Shown: positions 40,450 through 51,375, counted from the first letter of the whole stretch. The stretch is DNA of 61,755 bases, filler included, from Sphacelaria rigidula (GCA_964200075.2; 6 parts of 6 records of this genome joined end to end with filler, not necessarily neighbours in it), one strand, 5' to 3'. Notes: generated by a model not told the origin, from the letters alone. Numbers and translations: made by a program.

Positions 40450-41139
40450 TCAAAGCGGGGCGTAGACGTCGTGGGTGTGGTCGATATTGAGCTGGAGACC
40501 GCGGCGAAGTCCTTTGGACTTGAGGCGCTGGAGACACCAGGATCCGCGTGGTGCAGATGGGCTTGTGGTGAATAGCGCTGGCCAAAGCTTGAGCTGTATG
40601 GGCCCAGGGTCATCGATGAAGCGCACGATGTATGTGTCGGCCGAAACTTGGTGAGCGGAGTGGGTCTGACCCAACCACCAGAGGTTGTCGCTGCCTTTGA
40701 ACCAAAGGTAGCTGCCCTTGGGCAGGAGTCGCTGGTTCGCAAAGAAGTTCGTCTTACAAGTCTTGGAGGGTACAAGGTCGTAACCATCGGCCACAAAGCG
40801 TAGTCCCTGGTTGCGGTGAAGTTCGCGGGCTGCTGCGCCACGGCGCATGTTGCGATATTTCTTGTTGTGAGCGACATGCTGATGTTGGGATTGCGTCCAG
40901 TAAAGGAGGATTGCACGACGGTGCAATTGCAGGTCGGATTCGCGTTCCCAAGACGCTCTCCGAAGACCGTGCCAGTGTGTCTTATACATGGCAGCGATCT
41001 TGCCGCCACGGTTTATCTGGTGGCCGGAAATGGAGGACACAGCCAACCGAAGGGGCTGTTCCGTCACGTCGTCGGTTGTAACGTGGTAGGGCGGGGACTT
41101 GGTCGAGTAGCTGTTGAGAACATACTGTGTGAGTCCGGC
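40450..41139 (-). mobile_element. 3' end of Ty3/Gypsy pol: integrase C-terminus with a chromodomain-like region and an extra Royal-family-like domain; cut by the contig end
   Basis: SQYVLNSYSTKSPPYHVT..., then LAVSSISGHQINRG...MYKTHWHGLRRASWERESDL (chromo 'Y.vkW.G....tWE....L'), then GSYLWFKGSDNLWWLGQ...YIVRFIDD. Confidence 0.8.
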
Positions 41140-41239
41140 NNNNNNNNNNNNNNNNNNNNNNNNNNNNNNNNNNNNNNNNNNNNTTAATTAATTAANNNNN
41201 NNNNNNNNNNNNNNNNNNNNNNNNNNNNNNNNNNNNNNN
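41140..41239. other. Assembly linker between contigs 4 and 5
   Basis: N44-TTAATTAATTAA-N44. Confidence 0.99.
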
Positions 41240-41399
41240 ACTGCTGACCAGTCAGCGCTGACTGGTCAGTAGTCTAGTTGGTCGTTTTGTGAACCGTCTC
41301 AGGTCGAACCCCTGACAAGGCACCACTATCAGAGCTATTATCCTGGCAAGCACCGTAACGCTATGCCTGCGTCATACGCCTACAACCATTCCCACACCG

Positions 41400-43560
41400 C
41401 GCGTTGCACCCTGTCCAGCTGCGTTTCTTCCTGATACCACTATCACTTCGTAGTGCATCATGTAGATATTCCAAGCATGGGACGATGGCCGGATCTTCGA
41501 CGGAAATGCTGCGAGCTCACGGTATCCAATGCTGCGTCGAAGAGGTTGAACGGAGTCGGGGACAAAACAAATCCTTGCCCAAGTCATGGGCAAGTACTTC
41601 CCACAGTCGCGTACGGTCGACAGAATGGTGCGCTTTTTTAATGTTGATGAAGCATACACTTCAGACATTTTCAGAGTGTGCCTGTTATTCAGAGTATGCG
41701 CCACGTGGAAGATTCTCTTGCAGTACCATACTTGATACAATCCTTCCCCCAGAAAAGCACTGACCGAAGTGGATATTTCACAGTAGTCCCAACCCCCGCC
41801 AAGAACACGAAAAGCTGCTTTTGCATCCCGGCGTGCAGCTTGCAAAGCTACTGCAGACATCAAACGCGCGCTTCTGCACGCTAGTTCTGCCCCTCACGAG
41901 TTGATTTCGTAGCCCATGGTCCCGGATTGGTTGGGATGCGGTTCCCAATGACGAAAACAGGGGTGGTGGTACTGTACATTCGGTCCACACTGTTCGTCCT
42001 GTCCGTTCTACTCTCCATCGCCGACGCTTATGCAAGAGCTGCACGAAGCAAGTGCCTCAGGGAACAAGACAGGCAGTTGTGATTCCAATGTTGGTTCCTT
42101 TGTCTTTTCTGTACTGTCTTCATGCACTAGGCCAAACGTGTGGGAAACGCTCAAGGCGGTTAACCATCAGCCTCTTCCCCAGTCCGTGGACGAACGCTTG
42201 CTTTGAGTGTGGTAGCCTGCCACTCCTGCCACGACCTTCCTATTTTGACGGATGCCCCTGCGCAAAGTGAAGGTCGTCAGTGTCTTCAAGTACTGCAATC
42301 TTCAAGCTGTAGGGTTATGATGTGTGCCTTCAAGTACTGCAGGGTGCGATACGGCACCACCGCAGTCTCTGGTTTTTCGTGTCGCACTGCGTACTAACGT
42401 ACTGGACTGTGCGTGGTACCTCGCCGTCGCTAACTCGGGGTTACAGGGACTGTCAAGGTTTTAGTAAGTGAAGCCGAGATTCGCTGAACGTTCCTAGAGG
42501 GAAAACAGCTGAACTCGTTGGACCCGGTGGCGTATCATACAGTACACAGGGTAGCACACGCGAAAATGCGTTCGCGGGCATCTGTGCAAACAATCCCATA
42601 TCAGTCAAGTGTCCGTACGTGTGGGCATCATGTGATTTTCCATAGTTGCGAGCAGCAACGTTTCCCCCCTCAAAGACAAGGTTCTGAAGCATTGTCTACT
42701 CCACAGACGGACAGCAGGCGACTTCACGCGTTGTAGCCATGAGTGCGGTGTTGATACTTCAGGGACGGAAACACTTGCAGTACACGATGCTCAGGTTCAT
42801 TCCCACGCTTACCCCGTCCCTCGGTAGACATTGATCTGACATTTCCCACAAGCCATGATGCGGATATTACCCCTTCGATGGCATCTTTGAGCATCGGTGA
42901 TGACTGCGTTGCCCAGCGCACTCAAGTGTTTATTTTCAGGTACGTACGACCTGGGCCAGCAGATGGTGATTCTTTTCGTATTTTCGATTGAGGCGGTGCT
43001 CGATTCGAGGACTTGAGCGCTGAAACCTTGACACATTTTTATCATCACAAGGAATTTATTTCGGGATGCCACGGAAAAAAGCACGACTCAGGGCAATCCA
43101 ACTGGGACTGGGCTGCAACGCTTTCCCTAGATCGGGATGCCAAGAAAACAAAGTACCCGTGCTCGTTGTTCCAAGTTCACGAAGTGAGGTTGGTTTCTGC
43201 TGCGTCTAAAAATTAGACTAGGAGGTTTTTTGCGTCGTGGTTCTTGCGATATTTCCCTTCCTACATTTTTCCAGTCTAGAACCTTTATCGATTTCGTTTT
43301 GGGGGGGATAACTTCGTCAAACGGACGCCAAACGCATCCTGCTCCAAGGGGCACCTGGACACACAGAAGTTGCCGCTGCCTACCTAGTATGATCCTCCAA
43401 ATCGAAGTCTTGAGTGAGAATCCCCAGCGTTTGGTGCCCATGTACAAGGATGACCTACATCGAGTATCATGCTCCAAAGCGTACCTGACAGGTGGGTAAC
43501 ACCCCCGTACAGACAATGGCAATGCTAGCGGATCCTACGTCCTGACAGTCTGTGACAGTC
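41400..43560 (-). mobile_element. Degenerate RTE-like LINE (endonuclease + RT remnant)
   Basis: Minus-strand VCFINIKKAHHSVDRTRLWEVLAH and GQGFVLSPTPFNLF correspond to RT motifs CFIDLQKAYDSVDR..LW and RQGCVLSP.LFN; APE-like remnants lie upstream. Confidence 0.8.
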
Positions 43561-44429
43561 CGGCAGCCGGCAAGATGGTTCATGGTAGTGTCCTTCTAGC
43601 GATATCAACTTACAGTACACTGGCGCAGAGCTTGCAGGTGAATATTTCGGCGATTGCCTCATCTGCAATTCGCCCAGATGTTGCCCCTGCATTATATATG
43701 GAAAATGTACCCAACCGTGGACAAAATATTTCTACAGACAGTACGAACACGATGTATGAGGAAAGTGAACTGCGCAACGTCGAGTGTGCTGTGTGTGTTG
43801 TCCCATAAATCTGGACGCCGGTGTCCACCTTTCGGTATATGTGGGCGCACGAGCCGCGGCTGTGTTACCATACAGCTTCGCCCAAGATACAGGCAGCCAT
43901 TACAGCTGCAGAGGCGGCCTTTCACTCCTCGTTGCGCCACTTGGGGCAAACGCACGCTGTAGCTGCAACAAGGACATCTTGAAAAAATGTGATGTAGCAA
44001 TATAGCGATTGGCGAGGAGGTTTATATCCCATCTACGTACACCTTGGCTGCGATACAACGGCTGCTCTCATGATGTGGCGAACTGCATAGGACAACGCGA
44101 AATCAATGCGGGACAGGGGTGGACTAAGGATGCGACGTTCTGCGGTGTGCTCTTGTCACCCTAAACCCTGCCGCTCTGCAGTGAGCAGGTAGCCCCGCCG
44201 CAGGCGTCACGCCGCGGCCGATACACAGTATCCGCTCTACACCCAAAGGGTAAGGCGGTGTTTGAACGAAACAAGGAACTTGATAACTATTTCGTGATGG
44301 TGATATTGAAGTGACTGTCAACAACTTCATTCTCCCGAGAAACCACGCGCTGTTTTAATCGAGCAAGCTAGGATAGGGGAGAGGTGATGCAGAGACGGTA
44401 AAACAGAACGCGAACAGACCAGCGACTTC

Positions 44430-44880
44430 GAGAAGGGCGGCAATCACGCGCAAGGGGGTGTGGGTATTGTCGCAGATTGAAACGCGGACCGCCTTCCGCA
44501 CGAGAAGAAGCAACAGCAGCAGTATCAGCAGCTTCTTTTTTGCCAGTAGATGTACGCGGCTCGGTGTGGGTCTAAATATTCCTGTGCCGATACTGCTGCT
44601 GCTGCTGCTGCTGCGGTTCCTACTCATGGGAGAGACGGTCCGCGTTTCCATCGTGCCATCACTACAACGCCCACCACACACCTTGCACGTGATAGCCACC
44701 GTGATGGAAAGCGCTGGTCCGTACTACCCGCCGATGGGTCTACGCTTCCTCACTAGGCTAAGTGCGGGGAGATATAGTTGCGCGCATCTCTCTGTGCGAG
44801 CTGTGCACATCGGGTGTGTCTCGCACGCGTGGCTGCCGCTGGTGATGGGAATGAAGTCAGCGTCCAATGCAGGGGGAAAC
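44430..44880. repeat. Fold-back repeat, copy 1, with (CAG)n/(CTG)n arms
   Basis: 44436-44540 is the imperfect reverse complement of 44585-44700; tandem copy at 44970-45390. Confidence 0.8.
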
Positions 44881-44969
44881 AAGAGATTTATACTCGTACT
44901 GAAAATGCTACTGTATGGGGGTAACAACAGATCATAATCGATTTTAAATAGGAGGGGGCAAAAACGCGA

Positions 44970-45023
44970 CAGGTGCATGGATATTGTCGCACGTCGAAAC
45001 GCGGACCGCCTCCCGCACGAGAA

Positions 45024-45060
<37 letters not shown>

Positions 45061-45390
45061 CTTGATTGCCAATAAATATGTACGGCTGGGGGTGGGTCTG
45101 AATCAGCCGCTGCCGATACTGCTGCTGCTGCTGCTCTTGATTGTAGACGGTCCGTGTTTCGACCGTGCGACAACACCCACGCACCTTGCGAGTTTTTGCC
45201 ACCGTGTGGGACAGCGCTAGTACGTTTTACCCGCCGATGGGTTTATGCTTGCTCACTCGACGAAGTTCTGGGGGATATAGCTGTGCGCATCTCTCTGTGG
45301 GAGCTGTGCGCGTGGAGTGTCCCCCACACGTGGCCACTGCTGGTGATGGGATTGAAGCCAGCGTGGCTAATGCTGCAAGTGACGGGAAGC
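44970..45390. repeat. Fold-back repeat, copy 2
   Basis: Collinear with 44455-44880; gaaacgcggaccgcc/gacggtccgtgtttc arms are retained. Confidence 0.8.
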
Positions 45391-47089
45391 CAACCGTCTG
45401 TCCCATGAAGAGCCCAACAGCCCACGCCTTGCAACCATGTGACGTTGCTCTTCGCATTCTCGCGCAAATGTCCATCCGCTCTCACGGAAATTTATACCCG
45501 GAAGATTCTTTTTCGTGAGAGTGATTTTGGGGGAGGTGAGAATGTGGCATCAAATCACAACCAATCAAAATCATGAAGAAATAATAAAAATCCCCAACCG
45601 CCACTATCACCATCTATCACTATCACGTCGTGCTCCCACATTTTTGGACGCGATAACACGGGCCCACGAGCTTATTTTTTTGTCGCACTTTGAACCCCTC
45701 CCCTTCCTCGGGGTAAGTCCGTAGTCTCAAGGGGTCAAGCCATCTCCTGTTTACGTCCTCACACTTTCGACGACGGTTGGTACACAGTTGTATCGACTCC
45801 ACACCCGTAGGGTAACCCCTGCATTCAAATTCAATAAAACGCACTGAATTAAATTACACGGGCGGAGCGCGTTATTTTCGAGCAGCACGCGCGCTAGCGT
45901 TTCCGTGTTGCCAACACCGTGCTAGCGTGCTTGTGCACTACAGCGTTGTACTCTCCTGTAGCAGCCCGTCACGGTATTGCTCCTCATGTTTCATGACAAT
46001 TTACTCGAAAGCACGCAGAAGAAATGCCAGCGAATCCATCGTTGTTGCACTTGGAGATGTGGTGTATCAGTTTTTCGATCTAGTACTGTCGCATGCTGCG
46101 TGCTGTATGAACTAGTATACCGTACCAGTTCAAAAACGGATATGCGTGAAATAAACGCCACCGACATGCTCTGGTTGTCATGAACTTAACTGTGTACGAG
46201 GCGCGGGGACCGTAGTTTTTGGCAAGGAATGCGAGGACGCAACCATACTGCAGTACAGGTAGCTTTTCATGCAACACGTGATTCGAATGAGAGATAGAAC
46301 AAAGCATTTACATGATGGTACCTGGGCGTTTTGGTACTGAAACGAGTCCACCAGTCCCTCCACTACCTACCGTAAGGAGATAAACACCACGTCTAAATAC
46401 AAAATAAGGTACGAGCACACCTTCATTTTAGAGTAGAGGATCCAGCCGAGACCACGCCGGGTTCACCGCCGAAATCCGAGACGCCAACGTTCCACACACC
46501 GAAATAAATTGAAATTGGAAGCGCCCGGGACACAGGGCAATCTATATATGACAATCGGCTCGGAAGTCCTCTCCCATGCTGGAGCTGCTAACGAGCTTGA
46601 TGCTATCTCGCAGCATTCCTAGTGCACTCTTGATTGCGTGTCAAAGTTGTCACACGCAATTCCGGCTCGTTTCCGCAAAGTAATAACCTCAGAACACGCT
46701 CTCACGCCACCATATGAGACGCCCCCGGTGCTCAATGCAGTACACAAACGCCATCGCCAAAATTGCGCCAATCGACTAGCGGTGGAGCCGTGCGTCATCA
46801 GCTTGGTCTGCAGTTTACAGGGATATACTTGAATCGGGCTGATGTGGCAAACTTGAGATCTTGTTAAGTGATATGCTTCTGTACGCTTCACGGCTGGACC
46901 AGCTCGCAGTATATGCAATTGGGTAAAAAGATTGTTCACTCTGGAAGATTCGACCTGGCGTATTGTGTTGCAAAGGCGCTCCCCAGCTGGCTCATCCTGT
47001 TGTAACCCTGGGCGTTTTTTGCACATGTATAGAGACGTTCAAACTCCCCACTGCTGGGCACGTGTCGACATCGTTGTCACGCGCACTGT

Positions 47090-47860
47090 TACTGTGCAGC
47101 ACGAGCATTATGCCCTCTTTTGCTATATCCACATTTTACTCATCTTAACTTGGTATTGCCATGGTGTGGCGGACGTCCTGCTTGCTGAAGGTATCATGGG
47201 CAATAGGTTCCTCCTTGTTGGCATCAAGTTAGATATGTCATCGATTTGTTTGGATACAGGCGAATGCCATCAGTCCAGTTTTCTTGCGTGATAAGGCGGT
47301 GTCCAATCAGGACGACAAACGAGTAGTTTTGAGTCTCACCATCTACCCCGTATGGACAGCTAGAACTGCCTAAATACCATGTGAAGCGAGGAGGCGTATC
47401 ATCAAGAAGGGGCGCGGTGAAACGATGCACTACATTCGAATATGTAGGAAGAGATGACACGACAGTACACTACACTACACCTCATTTTCAAGCTCCGCCA
47501 CCAGGCGTTCGGGGCAACGACGGTTGCCAACAATATTGGCGCAGGAAGCCTTCCATGTGGAAATATTCCGTTGGGGAAGATTCGTGTCCCCGAAATCTTG
47601 TGTTTGATACCCCCATCGTACGCTTCCTTCATTGTCTCGCCCAGACTCGAGGTGTCGGACACAGGAGGCTGGTGGTTATCCAAGGAATGAGATTTTTGGT
47701 CCGTATACTTCCCAAGCGGTGGAATATGGTGCTTGTCTTGACGGTGTCAGTACTATCGTGCGGTGGTTGTACCGCACTCATGTTCGGCCACCAGACATGT
47801 GCTTTTTCCAGCAGCCCACATGATTGCAGGGAAGTCCACTAAGGCTTTTCATGGACCACG
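47090..47860 (-). mobile_element. Probable MULE (Mutator-like) transposase C-terminal remnant
   Basis: Degenerate SWIM finger GTWS....SGLPCNHV (47816-47865) followed by a zinc-knuckle-like KCGYSKRGHNAR (47100-47137), the usual order in MULE/FAR1-type transposases. Confidence 0.5.
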
Positions 47861-48141
47861 TTCCCGATATCGAGAATCACGTCCGAACGTGACGTAAACC
47901 TCTCGAGGTTGTATCGCCGCGACCAACCACCAGCGAATGTCATGTTTGAAGGTGAGTATGTTGGTGCCGACAAGGCGCGGCCTTGTATAGGCTCCATTCG
48001 CTCGCCAACCTCGGTTTCACGTGTGACTCGTTACCCCCCCTCCGATGTGTCTGATGATCGTGCTACCTTGAGTAGTTTGTGCTGGACGAAGGACGATCAT
48101 ACAAAGGAGAGTTCTGCTCCCAGCATACTACGCCGAGAGTG

Positions 48142-50625
48142 ATGAAGGTAACGCGCCGAAACTGCGGCCACGAGGGCTGCTCCAGGCGACCGTCCTATTG
48201 CACACCGGGAAACAAGAAGGCTGAGTTCTGCTCCGGACATGCCACGGCCGAGATGGTGAATGTGGTGGATAAAATGTGCGCCCACGATGCCTGCCGTTAC
48301 CATCCGTCCTTTGGTGTAGCGGGAAGCAAGAAGGCAGAGTTCTGCTTACGACATGCTTCTCCAGGAATGGTGAACATAGTGACGAAGAGGTGCCGCCACG
48401 AAGGCTGCTCCAAGCATTCGGCGTATGGTGTAGCCGGCAGCAGGAAGCCGGAGTTCTGCTTACAGCATGCTCTTCCGAATATGGTGCATGTAAAGGGTAG
48501 CAGGTGCCGCCACGAGGGATGCTTGAAGCGCCCTTCATGCGGTGTACTGGGAAGCAAAAAGGCTGTGTTCTGCTCCTCTCATGCGTCTTCGGGGATGGTG
48601 AACGTGACGCGCCAGAGGTGCAGCCGCGAGGGCTGTTCCAAGTATCCGTCGTTTGGTGTAGCGGGAAGCAAGAAGGCGGAGTTCTGCTCACGACATGCTT
48701 CTCCAGGAATGGTGAACACAGTGACGAAGAGGTGCCGCCACGAAGGCTGCTCCAAGCATCCGTCGTATGGTGTTGCCGGCAGCAGGAAGCCGGAGTTCTG
48801 CTCACAGCATGCTCTTCCGAATATGGTGCATGTAAAGGATAGCAGGTGCCGCCACGAGGGATGCTTGAAGCGCCCTTCATGCGGTGTACTGGGAAGCAAA
48901 AAGGCTGTGTTCTGCTCCTCTCATGCGTCTCCGGGGATGGTGAACGTGACGCGCCAGAGGTGCAGCCGCGAGGGCTGTTCCAAGTATCCGTCGTTTGGTG
49001 TAGCGGGAAGCAAGAAGGCGGAGTTCTGCCTCCAGCATGCCTCCCCGGGGACGATTTACATGGACAAGAGGTGCAGTCACGAGGGCTGCTACAAGTCGCC
49101 GCATTATGGTGTAGCGGGGAGCAAGAAGACGGAGTTCTGCGCCCAGCATTGTTCTCCGGGAATGGTGAACGTAAGGGGCCGACGGTGCGGCCACGAGGGT
49201 TGCTACAAGTCGCCGGTATATGGTGCAGTGGGGAGCAAGAAGGCGGAGTTCTGCACCCAGCATCATTCTCCAGGAATGGTGAATGTGGTGAGCAAAAAGT
49301 GCGGCCACGAGGGCTGCTACAAGAAGCCGGTATATGGTGCAGTGGGGAGCAAGAAGGCAGAGTTCTGCACCCAGCATCATTCTCCAGGAATGGTGAATGT
49401 AGTGGGCAAAAAGTGCGGCCACGAGGGCTGCTTCAAGCAGCCGTTTTATGGCGTAGCGGGAAGCAAGAAGGTGGTGTTCTGCTCCATGCATGCTTCTCCA
49501 GGAATGGTGAATGTGGTAGGCAAACAGTGCGGCATCAAGCACTGCTACAAGCCGTCGAGTTATAATGTAGCGGGAAGCAAGACTGCGGAGTTCTGCCCAG
49601 AGCATGCTTCTCCCGGAATGGTGAAGGTGATGAGCATAAGGTGCGGCAACGAGAGCTGCCGCAAGTATTCGTCGTTTGGTGTAGCCGGAAGCAAGAAGGC
49701 GGAGTTCTGCTCCCTGCATGCGCGGCCGGGAATGGTGAACGTGAAAGACAAGCGATGCGACCACGAGGACTGGCCTCAGCGTCGGTCGGATGTAGGGAGA
49801 AGCACGATTGCGCAGTTCTGCTCCCAGCATCAAGAGGTGAGCGCGGTGCAAAAGAGGTGCGGCTGCGAGGACTCCCCTCAGTGTTCGTCCTGTTGTGTTG
49901 CTGGAAGCAAGGAGGCGCAGGTATTTCCTCAGCATGCCACGGGGGGAATGGTAGATGTGGGTGATCTGGTGGATGTCAAGTGTGGGCATGAGGGCTGCTC
50001 CGAGTGGAGTGTCTCTGGGAAGCACATTGTTGGTATGGCGAAGTTTTGCCGACGCTATGCTGTTCCAAACAACTCGGCCAGAGTAAACGTCTCAGCAGGG
50101 CTCATCAAGGAGGTGGGCACCTCCAGTCAAAGCCCGACGAAGGGTGACGGTGGTTGCATTGGTGATCAAGGGGGAACCAAACGCAACTGTGCAGCATTTT
50201 TGGGTTCTGGTGCGAGCGGCGGTGATTGCGCTCGTCGTGGTGTGCGCTTCGGCCCCAGGCAGAGTGGAACAGTGTCGCCGCTGGTCTCAGGACGCCGGCC
50301 GTCGGGGCCTCATGAGGTGTCGTCGAAGGCGACGGCAGGGGCAGGGATGAAGGTGGAGCTGGCGGCCCCTACTTCTGCTCGCACTCGCAATGGGGTGAGA
50401 CAGGGTAGCGTGAGGGATACCCCTTCAACTAGTCAGACACTTGTCAGTGGCAGTAGTAGCTCGAGCAACATCAGTTGTGGTGAGAGTAGGCGGCGGCTTC
50501 GTGGTTCACCAGCGGTGTTATCTAGAGGCCATGGCTTGTGTGATTTTGAATCCGCAGAGGCACCGGAAGATGCCAGCGTCAAGTTGGAGTTCAAGTTGTC
50601 CGGCTCTCGTCTTGAGATGTCCTGA
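48142..50625 (+). CDS. EsV-1-7 domain cysteine-rich repeat protein (IMMEDIATE UPRIGHT-like family), single exon
   Basis: Uninterrupted ORF (open from 48079, first ATG 48142). It has 14 repeats of C-x4-C-x16-C-x2-H-x12 (38 aa; one is 37 aa), three degenerate C-terminal repeats and a G/S/R-rich tail. A partial repeat precedes the ATG, so the true start may lie upstream. Confidence 0.93.
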   Translation: MKVTRRNCGHEGCSRRPSYCTPGNKKAEFCSGHATAEMVNVVDKMCAHDACRYHPSFGVAGSKKAEFCLRHASPGMVNIVTKRCRHEGCSKHSAYGVAGSRKPEFCLQHALPNMVHVKGSRCRHEGCLKRPSCGVLGSKKAVFCSSHASSGMVNVTRQRCSREGCSKYPSFGVAGSKKAEFCSRHASPGMVNTVTKRCRHEGCSKHPSYGVAGSRKPEFCSQHALPNMVHVKDSRCRHEGCLKRPSCGVLGSKKAVFCSSHASPGMVNVTRQRCSREGCSKYPSFGVAGSKKAEFCLQHASPGTIYMDKRCSHEGCYKSPHYGVAGSKKTEFCAQHCSPGMVNVRGRRCGHEGCYKSPVYGAVGSKKAEFCTQHHSPGMVNVVSKKCGHEGCYKKPVYGAVGSKKAEFCTQHHSPGMVNVVGKKCGHEGCFKQPFYGVAGSKKVVFCSMHASPGMVNVVGKQCGIKHCYKPSSYNVAGSKTAEFCPEHASPGMVKVMSIRCGNESCRKYSSFGVAGSKKAEFCSLHARPGMVNVKDKRCDHEDWPQRRSDVGRSTIAQFCSQHQEVSAVQKRCGCEDSPQCSSCCVAGSKEAQVFPQHATGGMVDVGDLVDVKCGHEGCSEWSVSGKHIVGMAKFCRRYAVPNNSARVNVSAGLIKEVGTSSQSPTKGDGGCIGDQGGTKRNCAAFLGSGASGGDCARRGVRFGPRQSGTVSPLVSGRRPSGPHEVSSKATAGAGMKVELAAPTSARTRNGVRQGSVRDTPSTSQTLVSGSSSSSNISCGESRRRLRGSPAVLSRGHGLCDFESAEAPEDASVKLEFKLSGSRLEMS

Positions 50626-51375
50626 GTGATGGGTGATGTCGCTACGTGCGCCGATCTCGTTGCTTGAATTGCTGTGGCAATACGCTGGCGTGCAGTATTA
50701 CAGGTATTGACGGGAAATTGCTCTATGAATGACTCCTTTTATCTCTCTCACTGCGAAGAAACATTTGTCAAGTTGTGAAGTCGTCCCTTTTCCCCATCCT
50801 CAGGACCCATCGAATACGTTTAGAGGCATAGTTATGGATGTTGCGGTGGACAAGTTCATCCCGGAAAGGCATGCACACTTACAGCATTTCAGCAGGCTGC
50901 GCTCCTGCGACCAAACTGGTATAGGACGAACGGCCAGTTTGTGCAGACGTTAGCGTGTAGATGTCATCATCTCGATCCCGACGAAAGGGAATCATGTTTG
51001 TTCTTGTATCGAAAATCTGGTTTTCGTCCCGAATCGCTTGACCGCGACCCCCATCTCGGTCGCCCAATATCGTTCACGGCAAGTTCTAGATTCCGACTGT
51101 TGAAGTTTCAAGTGACGGCACATCTGTCCTGGAATAAGGAAGTGATGGGGCGTTGCGTCTTCTTGTGTGGAATGTGGTGAAGAACCTCCGACCTGTTTTG
51201 GGTCAAGCCAAGTGCACGCGCGTGTTGAGCCGAGATATTTACTTCCGGTTGTCCAAGTACACATTTTCATTATTTGCTAGTAGTGATGCACGCTGTCAGC
51301 GATTACCGACAGAGGTGCCAATCGAGCCCCCGACCACATCGAGTTGGGGCAGCCAAAAAATGGTTCTAAGCTCTT

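Noticed and set aside
41372-41863. TnpB/Fanzor-like reading of ORF 41372-41863
   Set aside because: Another frame of the same DNA gives clear LINE RT motifs, and there is no RuvC triad or CxxC pair
48097-50025. Long overlapping ORFs (48128-48880 -, 48877-50025 -, 48846-49565 +)
   Set aside because: Shadow frames of the GC-rich repetitive EsV-1-7 ORF
48079-50625. Integrated phaeovirus (EsV-1) segment
   Set aside because: No other NCLDV genes or gene-dense viral organisation on the contig; EsV-1-7 genes are an expanded host family in brown algae
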